Origin: Vulcanimicrobiales bacterium | GTDB lineage: Bacteria > Vulcanimicrobiota > Vulcanimicrobiia > Vulcanimicrobiales > Vulcanimicrobiaceae | Length of the DNA: 41,697 nt | Direction: 5' to 3' | Assembly: GCA_038231455.1 (NCBI GenBank) | Contig: JBBRLI010000027.1 | Location: forward strand, 1-41,697 | Part shown: positions 10,477 to 17,915 of the stretch, piece by piece | How the letters are laid out: the number at the start of each line of letters is the position of its first letter | How positions within the stretch are numbered: the stretch's first letter is position 1 | The notes under the pieces: generated by a model | Seen by the model: the letters and a program-made list of their open reading frames with translations, nothing else | Database searches by the model: none | What the model was told of the DNA's origin: nothing | Program-made: the position numbers and the translations under genes

Positions 10477-10959
10477 ATGCTTGCTTACCAATCTCGCGCA
10501 ATCGGCGCATCGCGCGCCGTCATCGCCGGCCTCGCACTCCTCGCTATGACTGCGTGCGGCGGCGGCAGCGGCAGTTCAGGTACCAGCCCCGTGCCAAATT
10601 CCGGCTACTGCGGAAACGATACACAGTACTTGCTTGCAAAGCCGCAGAGCGGCGGCAACATCTCGACCACCGGTCAGTCGTTCGAGATCGTGGTGAACGG
10701 AAATAACAACCAGATCGCGCAGAGTTTCCAGAACTTCCAACTCGTGCTCGTACCGCAAAACAACAGCAGCGGTGGCGTGACGACGGGCCCGTTCTCGCGC
10801 ACTTCCGATAACAACGGCTTCCATCCGTTCACGACGGACTTCTACTACTCCGCGCAACTGCAGTCGAATCTTCAGTTTGGTCAGACGTATAACGTGTACG
10901 TCAACGCGTTCACGTCGAACTGCACGCCGATCGGACCGATCGGGCAGCTCTACACCTAA
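10477..10959 (+). CDS. Hypothetical lipoprotein
   Basis: Signal peptide with lipobox LAMTA-CGGGSG; GGAG upstream; N/Q/S/T-rich body with two further Cys. Confidence 0.75.
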   Translation: MLAYQSRAIGASRAVIAGLALLAMTACGGGSGSSGTSPVPNSGYCGNDTQYLLAKPQSGGNISTTGQSFEIVVNGNNNQIAQSFQNFQLVLVPQNNSSGGVTTGPFSRTSDNNGFHPFTTDFYYSAQLQSNLQFGQTYNVYVNAFTSNCTPIGPIGQLYT

Positions 10960-10983
10960 TTGCAGCCAAAGCGCGTGTGGGTT

Positions 10984-11994
10984 TTAGCGCTCGGCTAGGA
11001 CTCGCACGCGCGCTTGCGAGACGAGTGTTTTGAGCGGCAACTGCGGGCGTCCGCCCATGTGTGTGATCACTTCGGCGGCGGCCATGCTGCCGAGGTAGCC
11101 GGATTCGACGAGCGTCGCGCCGTTCGTCATGCCGTAGAGAAATCCGGCGGCATACAGATCGCCGGCGCCGGTCGTGTCGACGACGCGATCGACATCGGTC
11201 GGCGGAATTTCGATGACATCGTCCTGCGTGACGACGAGCGAACCCGTCGGTCCGAGCGTGACGCTCGCAATTTCCGTGACCGAACGCAGCTGTGCGATCG
11301 CATCGCGCATGGTGGCCGTCCCGAAGAGCGCGTTGCTCTCCGCTTCGTTGGCGAAGAGTACGTCGACGTGGAGTTCGACGAGTTGCTTGAACGCATCGCG
11401 ATGGCGATGGACGCAAAACGAATCGGAGAGTGAGAGCGCGACCTTGCGGCCTTTGGCATGTGCGATCTGGGCCGCTTTATGAAAGGCTTCTTGCGCCATC
11501 GGCGGATCGTAGAGGTAGCCTTCGAGGTACGTGATTTGCGCAGACTCGATAAAAGTCGAATCGATGTCGTCCGGGTGGAGATTGACGCATGCACCGAGGT
11601 AGGTGTTCATCGTACGCTGCGCGTCCGGCGTGACGAGGATCAGGCAACGCGCCGTCGAGGGGCCGCTGGTCGCCGCCGGAATCCGGTAGTCGACGCCTGC
11701 GGCGAGGATGTCGTGACGGAATTCCATCCCCAGGTTGTCGTCGTGGACTTTGCCGATGTAGCCGCACTTGCCGCCCATCGAGGCGACGCCCGCCGCGGTG
11801 TTGGCGGCCGAGCCGCCCGAAGAGACAAGCGTCGGCCCCATCGTTTCATAGATGACCTTTGCTTGGGCCTCGTCGATGAGCATCATCGAGCCTTTGGTCA
11901 TTTCGTGGCGCACGAGAAAGCCGTCGTCGGCCGATGCCAGGACATCGACGATGGCGTTGCCGATGCCGATGACGTCAAGGGAGTCGTACTTCAT
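10984..11994 (-). CDS. PfkB-family (adenosine kinase-like) kinase
   Basis: GIGNAIVD, SGGSAANT, FANEAE, DTTGAGD. Confidence 0.92.
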   Translation of the reverse strand: MKYDSLDVIGIGNAIVDVLASADDGFLVRHEMTKGSMMLIDEAQAKVIYETMGPTLVSSGGSAANTAAGVASMGGKCGYIGKVHDDNLGMEFRHDILAAGVDYRIPAATSGPSTARCLILVTPDAQRTMNTYLGACVNLHPDDIDSTFIESAQITYLEGYLYDPPMAQEAFHKAAQIAHAKGRKVALSLSDSFCVHRHRDAFKQLVELHVDVLFANEAESNALFGTATMRDAIAQLRSVTEIASVTLGPTGSLVVTQDDVIEIPPTDVDRVVDTTGAGDLYAAGFLYGMTNGATLVESGYLGSMAAAEVITHMGGRPQLPLKTLVSQARVRVLAER

Positions 11995-12132
11995 GGATCC
12001 GATCGTTCAAGGAAGAAGAACACCCGCTAAAAGCGGGCCGTCCAAAGTGTGGGTTGTGAGCGCGAGCGAAGCGTAAGTCCTGCTTTTTCTCGCTCTACCC
12101 CAACCGCTGCATTCATGCACACGCGGCAAGAA

Positions 12133-12407
12133 AGCGTGGTATCGGACGGCTACGACACCATCTACAACGGCGCCGACGAATATCTCGCGTATTCGAGGGG
12201 CTTGCACTTTTCTATAAGAACGACCCGACAAAACGCTAGGAACGCTCGGAGACCCCGATGTGCGCTGCCTTTGAACCGTGGGAGCGGATCGGTCAGGTCC
12301 CCAACGTCGTCTTCGTCGAGGGACTCGTTGCGGAACGCCGCACGGTAACGTTCTATTACGGCGCGGCCGACACGCGCATCGGTGCGGTTCAAATAACCTT
12401 ACGTTAA
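12133..12407 (+). pseudogene. Remnant of GH130 glycoside hydrolase/phosphorylase (C-terminus)
   Basis: IYNGADEYLAY, then a frameshift to FYKNDPTKR, in-frame TAG, ERSETP...WERIGQVPNVVFVEGL...FYYGAADTRIGAV, TAA at 12405-12407. Confidence 0.8.
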
Positions 12408-12457
12408 GGGAAACCAAAAACCTCAACTGTTGCTTGGATAGCCCAGTCAAACCGAGC

Positions 12458-13108
12458 ATGAAAGCATTTCTCTTTGCCATTGCCTTTGCCAGCGCGACGC
12501 TGATCGTCGCAAGTTCGGCCCCGTCATCCGCGGCCGTCCAGACGGAAAACCTGCGCGGCACGATCGTCTCGTCAACGGCCGATTCTCTCGTCGTCCAAAC
12601 CGCCACCGGAAACGTAACGGTTCACCTAGGACCGAAGGTTGCCTACGCGGGTGCCGTAGCCGGAACGACCGCGGACATCGCCCCGGGCAAGTTTCTTGGG
12701 ATCGCAAGCGTCCCCGGCGGCGCCCTCAATCGCGCGCTCGAGGTCGTCGTTTTCGATGATTCGATGAAGGGCGTCGGCGAGGGCGACTATGCCTGGGATC
12801 TCGCAGCACCGCGTGGCAAGACCGCGATGACCAACGGTACCGTCGCCCCGGGTAAGCCGCATTCGACAATGACGAATGCTACGGTCGGCGCCGCTAGCGG
12901 CACGGTGCAGAAGACGATCACGATGAATTACAAAGGCGGTTCGCGCAAACTCGTCGTGCCGTCAAATGCTCCGGTTGTGAAAGTGGCTCCGGGAACGAGC
13001 GCGTTGCTCGTCACCGGTGCATCGGTGTTCATCATTGCTGCGAAAGCGGCAACACCCGATGCGGCGTTCGTCGTCGTCGGTAAAGACGGTGTCAAGCTCC
13101 CGATATAA
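12458..13108 (+). CDS. Secreted hypothetical protein (OB-fold/DUF5666-like repeats)
   Basis: Signal peptide MKAFLFAIAFASATLIVASSAPSSAA; LRGTIVS, GEGDYAWDL, and repeated MTNGTV/MTNATV. Confidence 0.8.
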   Translation: MKAFLFAIAFASATLIVASSAPSSAAVQTENLRGTIVSSTADSLVVQTATGNVTVHLGPKVAYAGAVAGTTADIAPGKFLGIASVPGGALNRALEVVVFDDSMKGVGEGDYAWDLAAPRGKTAMTNGTVAPGKPHSTMTNATVGAASGTVQKTITMNYKGGSRKLVVPSNAPVVKVAPGTSALLVTGASVFIIAAKAATPDAAFVVVGKDGVKLPI

Positions 13109-13130
13109 TCGTATGTCGTGACATGCAATC

Positions 13131-13173
13131 GAACGCACTTCGTCTCATGTCGAGGTGCGTTTCTCTTTTCTTT
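13131..13173 (+). terminator. Rho-independent terminator
   Basis: GAACGCACTTCG-8nt-CGAGGTGCGTTT hairpin followed by CTCTTTTCTTT, 22 nt after the stop at 13108. Confidence 0.75.
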
Positions 13174-13304
13174 CTGTCCTCGTGTGACGGGCTTCATACT
13201 CGCGTCCTATCAGCGTTTTTTAAGCAGAGTCTCAGCCTGCTTGAAGAAACGGTCGGCATTATTGGGGAACGGATAACCGTGCGCTATTTGTGAGGTCGAA
13301 AAAC

Positions 13305-14555
13305 ATGTCGAAGGTTCTGATTGCGGCGAGCCGCTTTATGCTCGTCGGGAGTTCTCTATTTGTCGTCGCGTGCAGTGGCGGCGGCGGCTCGTCGGTTCCG
13401 GTGATGCCCGCGGCGGCAACATCGGTCGCGGCTCTTCCGCTTCCGCCGCCGCCGACGCCGTCGCCGACGCCGACTCCGACTCCGACTCCAGCGGTGAATA
13501 CACTCTCAGCTGCGTCGCTCGCCTATCTTAATTTGGATTTGAAAACGCTTGCGAATTATGCGCGTCCGTCGCTGCCGTCGTTCTACGCTGGGGTGCCGGA
13601 GAATACACCCGCAAACAGCCCCCTCACCGACGCCGGTGCGACGCTCGGCCGCGTACTCTTCAACGATAAGCGCCTGAGCATCAACGGGGCGGTCTCGTGT
13701 GCGTCGTGCCACCAGCAATCGATCGGCTTCACCGATAGCCGGGCGCTGAGTCTTGGATTCGCAGGCGGGCTGACGACGAAGCACGCCATGCGCCTAGGCA
13801 ACGTGCGCTATTACGCGCCGGGGACGATGTTCTGGGATAAACGCGCCGCGTCGATCGAAGCGCAGGCTTCCGGTCCGCTCACGAGCAGCACCGAGATGGG
13901 ATTCGATGCGGCGCATGGCGGAATCACGGCGCTCGCCGGTTCGATGAGCGCGCTCCCGTACTATCCCGAACTTTTCCGCTTCGTGTATGGCGACACCGCG
14001 ATTACCGAAGCACGCATCCAGCAATCGCTCGCGCAATTCGAACGCAGCATGATCACCACGGGTAGCCGTTGGGATGTCGGCTACGCGACCGTTGCCAAGA
14101 CCGCGCCACCGCCGCAAAGCTTCGACATCGACTTGCCGAACTTCACCGCGATAGAAAATCGCGGACGTCACCTCTTCATGGCGGGCCCCGGCCAAGGCGG
14201 CGTCGGATGCGCAGCATGCCACGCGCCGCCGACCTTCGCACTGAGCGGAAACGCCAAGAGCAACGGTCTGGATGCGGGCGAAACGACGATCTTCAAAGCC
14301 CCGTCGCTCAAGAACGATTCGCGCGGCCCCTACATGCACGACGGTCGCTTTGCGACACTCGCGCAAGTCGTCGATCACTACGATCGCGGCATCCTCGCCG
14401 GCCCCGCGCTCGATCCGCGCCTCACACGCAACGGCGTGCCGGTCGCCCTCAATCTCTCGACTGCTGACAAAGCTGCACTCGTCGCGTTCTTGAGCACGCT
14501 CGACGATTCAGGATTCTTCGTCGACGCTCGCTTCACGAGCCCGTTCAAGAAATGA
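13305..14555 (+). CDS. Di-haem cytochrome c peroxidase/MauG-family lipoprotein
   Basis: CASCH and CAACH haem motifs, LGRVLFND, FWDKRA, FKAPSLKN, PYMHDG; lipobox VVA-CSGGG. Confidence 0.92.
   Translation: MSKVLIAASRFMLVGSSLFVVACSGGGGSSVPVMPAAATSVAALPLPPPPTPSPTPTPTPTPAVNTLSAASLAYLNLDLKTLANYARPSLPSFYAGVPENTPANSPLTDAGATLGRVLFNDKRLSINGAVSCASCHQQSIGFTDSRALSLGFAGGLTTKHAMRLGNVRYYAPGTMFWDKRAASIEAQASGPLTSSTEMGFDAAHGGITALAGSMSALPYYPELFRFVYGDTAITEARIQQSLAQFERSMITTGSRWDVGYATVAKTAPPPQSFDIDLPNFTAIENRGRHLFMAGPGQGGVGCAACHAPPTFALSGNAKSNGLDAGETTIFKAPSLKNDSRGPYMHDGRFATLAQVVDHYDRGILAGPALDPRLTRNGVPVALNLSTADKAALVAFLSTLDDSGFFVDARFTSPFKK
13443..13490 (+). repeat. Coding Pro/Thr linker microrepeat (CCGACK units)
   Basis: Encodes PPPPTPSPTPTPTPTP between the lipid anchor and the catalytic domain. 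Confidence 0.85.
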
Positions 14556-14659
14556 TCCGCCGACTCTACACGCTCTTCACCGCGCTTGCGACGACGGCCA
14601 AAGTCGGCTGGCAGTTCCGCGACCTCCCGTGGTGGGAGCCCGATCTACCGGCGCTTTAG
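14552..14659 (+). CDS. Candidate 35-aa Trp-rich small ORF
   Basis: ATGA overlap with the peroxidase stop; MIRRLYTLFTALATTAKVGWQFRDLPWWEPDLPAL; below the ORF-track cutoff. Confidence 0.3.
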   Translation: MIRRLYTLFTALATTAKVGWQFRDLPWWEPDLPAL

Positions 14660-14836
14660 CAGGTCGTTGAGTTCACGATCCATCTGCTGGGGATCGACGG
14701 CTCGCAGATGACGCTTCTTCGGAGGCCTCGGTGTGCGTTTCGGGAGCGAAATTCGCCCCCGCACCAGCGGCAGAACGATCAGCGTCGCGAGAAACGCTAC
14801 GAAAGCGAATGGAACGAACCGCAGGATGAGGTCCAT
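14645..14836 (-). CDS. Small single-pass membrane protein
   Basis: Hydrophobic N-terminal helix and basic tail; TG-G-TAGGAT 6 nt before the ATG. Confidence 0.7.
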   Translation of the reverse strand: MDLILRFVPFAFVAFLATLIVLPLVRGRISLPKRTPRPPKKRHLRAVDPQQMDRELNDLLKRR

Positions 14837-14859
14837 GGTGACATCCTACCACAGCCGCT

Positions 14860-15218
14860 GTTGTCTGCGGAGCAAGTGTCGGCAACGCAACGCTGAGTGC
14901 CACAGAAGAAGCCTGGTATTTCACCGATTCGGTTTGTGTTAGACGCGGTTGACCGTTCTTCGAGATTGGAACGGGATCCACGGTAATCGAGACCGGATTC
15001 TTAAAAAAGACGCGAAGCTTCGCCTGAAATCGGGTCGTCCCGACCGTCGTCGGTACGTTCGTCGCGCCGTCCGCTGGTGACACCAATGTCGCTACGTCAC
15101 CGCCGCTATAAACGGCCGAACCGCCGAGATACGGGCACTGCTTTGGGCCGCTGCCGCCGTCCGAACATCCGACCGAACTGACGATCCTCAGCGATAGCGC
15201 GCGGAGAAATCGAACCAT
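14860..15218 (-). pseudogene. Probable degenerate lipoprotein gene
   Basis: GAGG upstream; eroded signal ending VG-CSDGGSG; LVSPADGATNVPTTVG; the ORF runs on out of frame into the next gene. Confidence 0.35.
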
Positions 15219-15268
15219 CGTACAGACCTCACTCGGCCGACGGAATATCCCGGTGTGACTATGCGGCC

Positions 15269-15306
15269 AACAGAAAAAGACCCGCGCCCCATGCAGGTGC
15301 GGATCT
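15269..15306 (-). terminator. Rho-independent terminator of tRNA-Ala
   Basis: Minus strand AGATCCGCACC-TGCATGG-GGCGCGGGTCT then TTTTCTGTT, just 3' of the tRNA. Confidence 0.75.
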
Positions 15307-15313
15307 CGAAACT

Positions 15314-15389
15314 TGGTGGAGATGTGGAGATTCGAACTCCAGACCCCTTACATGCGAAGCAAGTGCTCTACCAACTGAGCTACATCCCC
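15314..15389 (-). tRNA. tRNA-Ala (anticodon CGC)
   Basis: GGGGATGTAGCTCAGTTGGTAGAGCACTTGCTTCGCATGTAAGGGGTCTGGAGTTCGAATCTCCACATCTCCACCA; 76 nt, G3:U70, TTCGAA T-loop, encoded CCA. Confidence 0.98.
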
Positions 15390-15403
15390 AAGGACCGACG
15401 CCG

Positions 15404-15432
15404 ATTCTAACAGGATGGTCGGTCGCTGTCAA
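15404..15432 (-). promoter_or_regulatory. Sigma70-type promoter of tRNA-Ala
   Basis: TTGACA-17nt-TAGAAT on the minus strand, with extended TG. Confidence 0.88.
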
Positions 15433-15478
15433 AGCTTCGGGGAGGCTTCTTCGTGTGCCCTGCCAAGTTGACGGCCGA

Positions 15479-16363
15479 ATGACCTGGTCTCTCGGCGCCG
15501 CCGCCCGATACGGTTTGCTCCTGGCCCTCGCGCTGACCGGTTGCAGCGTCCACGTTCCGTTTGCGGGTGAACCGCGACCGTACGTGCTCGCGACGACCTC
15601 CACGCTTGCTTCGATCGCTCAAGGCGTCGCGGGCGATCGTTTACGGGTGCGCAGCCTCGTTCCGATCGGCGTGTCGCCCGAAAACTATCAGCCGACGCCG
15701 CGCGATATCGAGACGCTCCACGCGGCCGACGTGCTCGTCGTGAACGGCTCGGGGCTCGAAGATTGGCTCGCGCATACCATCGACAACGCGAAGAATCCGG
15801 CGCTGCGGATCGTGAACTGCACCGCCGGCCTGCCCGTCGTTGGGGGCAACCCGCATTTGTGGATGGATCCGCTGCTCGCGCGCGCCTACGTTGAGAAGAT
15901 CCGCGCGGGATTCGCGCTCGCCGATCCGGCGAATGCCGCGACGTATCGCGCGAATGCGAGCGCTTACGACGCCAAGCTCGTCGCGCTTGCCGCGCGCACG
16001 CAGCGCGCGATCGATACGATTCCGCCCACGCAGCGCTCGATGATCGTCTTTCACAGTGCGTTCGAATATTACAATCGACGTTTCGGCCTGCGCACGGTCG
16101 GCGTCATCGAGGCCTCGCCCGGTCAGGAACCCAGCCCCGCGCTCATCGCGCACATCGTCACGCTCGCGCGCGCGGGCGGCGTGCGCGCCGTCTTCGCCGA
16201 GCCGGAATATAGCCCTAATCTCGTCGAGGCCTTGGCGCAAAGTGCGCACATCAACACCGTCGAAGACCTCTACGATGACTCCATCGGCACAAAACCAGCC
16301 GTGAGCGATTATATCTCGATGATCGACTACGATACCGCGACCATAGTGAAGGCGCTCAAGTGA
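15479..16363 (+). CDS. Metal (Zn/Mn/Fe) ABC transporter substrate-binding lipoprotein, TroA/ZnuA family
   Basis: Lipobox LTG-C, NGSGLE, NPHLWMDP, FHSAFEY. Confidence 0.92.
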   Translation: MTWSLGAAARYGLLLALALTGCSVHVPFAGEPRPYVLATTSTLASIAQGVAGDRLRVRSLVPIGVSPENYQPTPRDIETLHAADVLVVNGSGLEDWLAHTIDNAKNPALRIVNCTAGLPVVGGNPHLWMDPLLARAYVEKIRAGFALADPANAATYRANASAYDAKLVALAARTQRAIDTIPPTQRSMIVFHSAFEYYNRRFGLRTVGVIEASPGQEPSPALIAHIVTLARAGGVRAVFAEPEYSPNLVEALAQSAHINTVEDLYDDSIGTKPAVSDYISMIDYDTATIVKALK

Positions 16364-17103
16364 ACGCGATTCTCGTGCGCGATCTCGTCGTGCGCTACTC
16401 CGCGCGCGTCACCGCTTTGAATGGCGTCACGCTCTCGGTCGATACGGGTGTTGCGCTTGGCGTGGTCGGACCCAATGGATCGGGGAAGTCTACGCTGCTC
16501 AAATCGATCGCGGGGTTGATCCAACCGACCAGCGGCGAGGTCTTCGTGTTCGGCAAACCACCGCGCAAGCTCGAGCGCGGAGCCATCGGTTACGTGCCGC
16601 AGATCGAAGACGTCGATTGGTCGTTTCCCGCAAGCGTGCGCGACGTCGTTGCGATGGGACGCTTTCCGCGCATGAAGACGTTCTCGCAATTCGGCGCGCA
16701 CGACCGCGCGGCCGTTGATGAGGCACTCGCGGCACTCAAACTCGGCGATCTTTGCAACCGCCACATCTCCGAACTCTCGGGCGGCCAGCAGCAGCGCACA
16801 TTCGTTGCGCGCGCGCTCGCGCAGGAACCTCGCCTTTTGCTGCTCGACGAACCGACGACCGGAGTCGATGCCGAAACGGAAGAAGCCTTGCTGCACATCG
16901 TGCGCGGTTTGGTACAAGACGGCTTGCCCGTGGTGATGACCACGCACGATCTCGATCGCGCGCCCGAGTGGTTCGACCGGCTCATCGTGGTCGATCACAA
17001 GGTGCTCGCCGACGGCGATCCCGAGACAGTCCTTGCCTCCGGATCGTATGCGGCGATCCGCGAACATACGCACACGCACGGCCACACGCGGACGACGCCA
17101 TAG
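16360..17103 (+). CDS. Metal ABC transporter ATPase
   Basis: GPNGSGKST, LSGGQQQR, LLLDEP; His-rich tail HTHTHGH. Confidence 0.95.
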   Translation: MNAILVRDLVVRYSARVTALNGVTLSVDTGVALGVVGPNGSGKSTLLKSIAGLIQPTSGEVFVFGKPPRKLERGAIGYVPQIEDVDWSFPASVRDVVAMGRFPRMKTFSQFGAHDRAAVDEALAALKLGDLCNRHISELSGGQQQRTFVARALAQEPRLLLLDEPTTGVDAETEEALLHIVRGLVQDGLPVVMTTHDLDRAPEWFDRLIVVDHKVLADGDPETVLASGSYAAIREHTHTHGHTRTTP

Positions 17104-17915
17104 TGGATGTGCTGACCGCTCCGTTCGCGTTCGAATTCATGCAGCGCGCCTTCGTTGCGGCGCTAATCGTCGGCGCGCTTTGCTCGACGATGGGGACATA
17201 CGTGGTGTTGCGAAAACTCTCATTCATCGGCGATGGGATCGCGCACGCATCGTTTGCCGGAATCGTGATCGCGTATCTGCGCGGTTTCAACTACGCCTTC
17301 GGAGCGGCGATCGTCGCGGTGATCACGGCGCTGGGGATCGGCTTCGTGCACCGACGCGGGAAGATCTCGCTCGATACGTCGATCGGCGTGCTGTTCACCG
17401 GCGCCTTTGCGGTCGGCATCTTTCTCATGAGCCGCTCGCAGCGGTACTCCGTGGATCTCGAGGGTTTTCTCTTCGGGAATATTCTGGGCGTCTCGCGCGA
17501 CGATCTCATCATCGTTTGCATCCTCGCAGCGATCGTCGTGCTGTGCGTCGCTGTGCTGTATCGTCCGCTCCTGTATACGTCGTTCGATCCGGTCGTCGCG
17601 CAGGCAAGCGGCATCAACGCCGCCTTCGTCGACTACGTGCTGCTCGTGCTGCTCGCGCTCACGATCATCATCTCGCTGCAGTCGGTTGGGATCGTGCTCG
17701 TTGCGGCGCTCCTGGTAACGCCGGCGGCAGCCGCCGCACAACTCACGCGGCGGTTCGTGCCGATGCTCGTGCTCTCAGGGGCGATCGGGACGTTCTGTTC
17801 GGTGGGCGGATTGTATCTGTCGTACTACTTGAGTTCGGCGAGCGGCGCGACGATCGTCATCCTCGCAACGCTCATCTTTTTCGCCGCGCTTGCGCTGCGC
17901 CGACGTTCAGCGTAA
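17103..17915 (+). CDS. Metal ABC transporter permease (ABC-3)
   Basis: GTG at 17103; FMQRAF, GDGIAHASF, LFGNIL, SFDP; multiple TM helices. Confidence 0.93.
   Translation: MDVLTAPFAFEFMQRAFVAALIVGALCSTMGTYVVLRKLSFIGDGIAHASFAGIVIAYLRGFNYAFGAAIVAVITALGIGFVHRRGKISLDTSIGVLFTGAFAVGIFLMSRSQRYSVDLEGFLFGNILGVSRDDLIIVCILAAIVVLCVAVLYRPLLYTSFDPVVAQASGINAAFVDYVLLVLLALTIIISLQSVGIVLVAALLVTPAAAAAQLTRRFVPMLVLSGAIGTFCSVGGLYLSYYLSSASGATIVILATLIFFAALALRRRSA

Noticed and set aside
13443-13490. Tandem CCGACK repeats as a CRISPR or phase-variation tract
   Set aside because: In-frame Pro/Thr linker with no spacers; no CRISPR array or cas gene seen anywhere in the window.
15314-15389. tRNA-Ala as attachment site of an intact integrative element
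   Set aside because: No integrase and no duplicated tRNA 3' end found by eye, and the terminator is intact.
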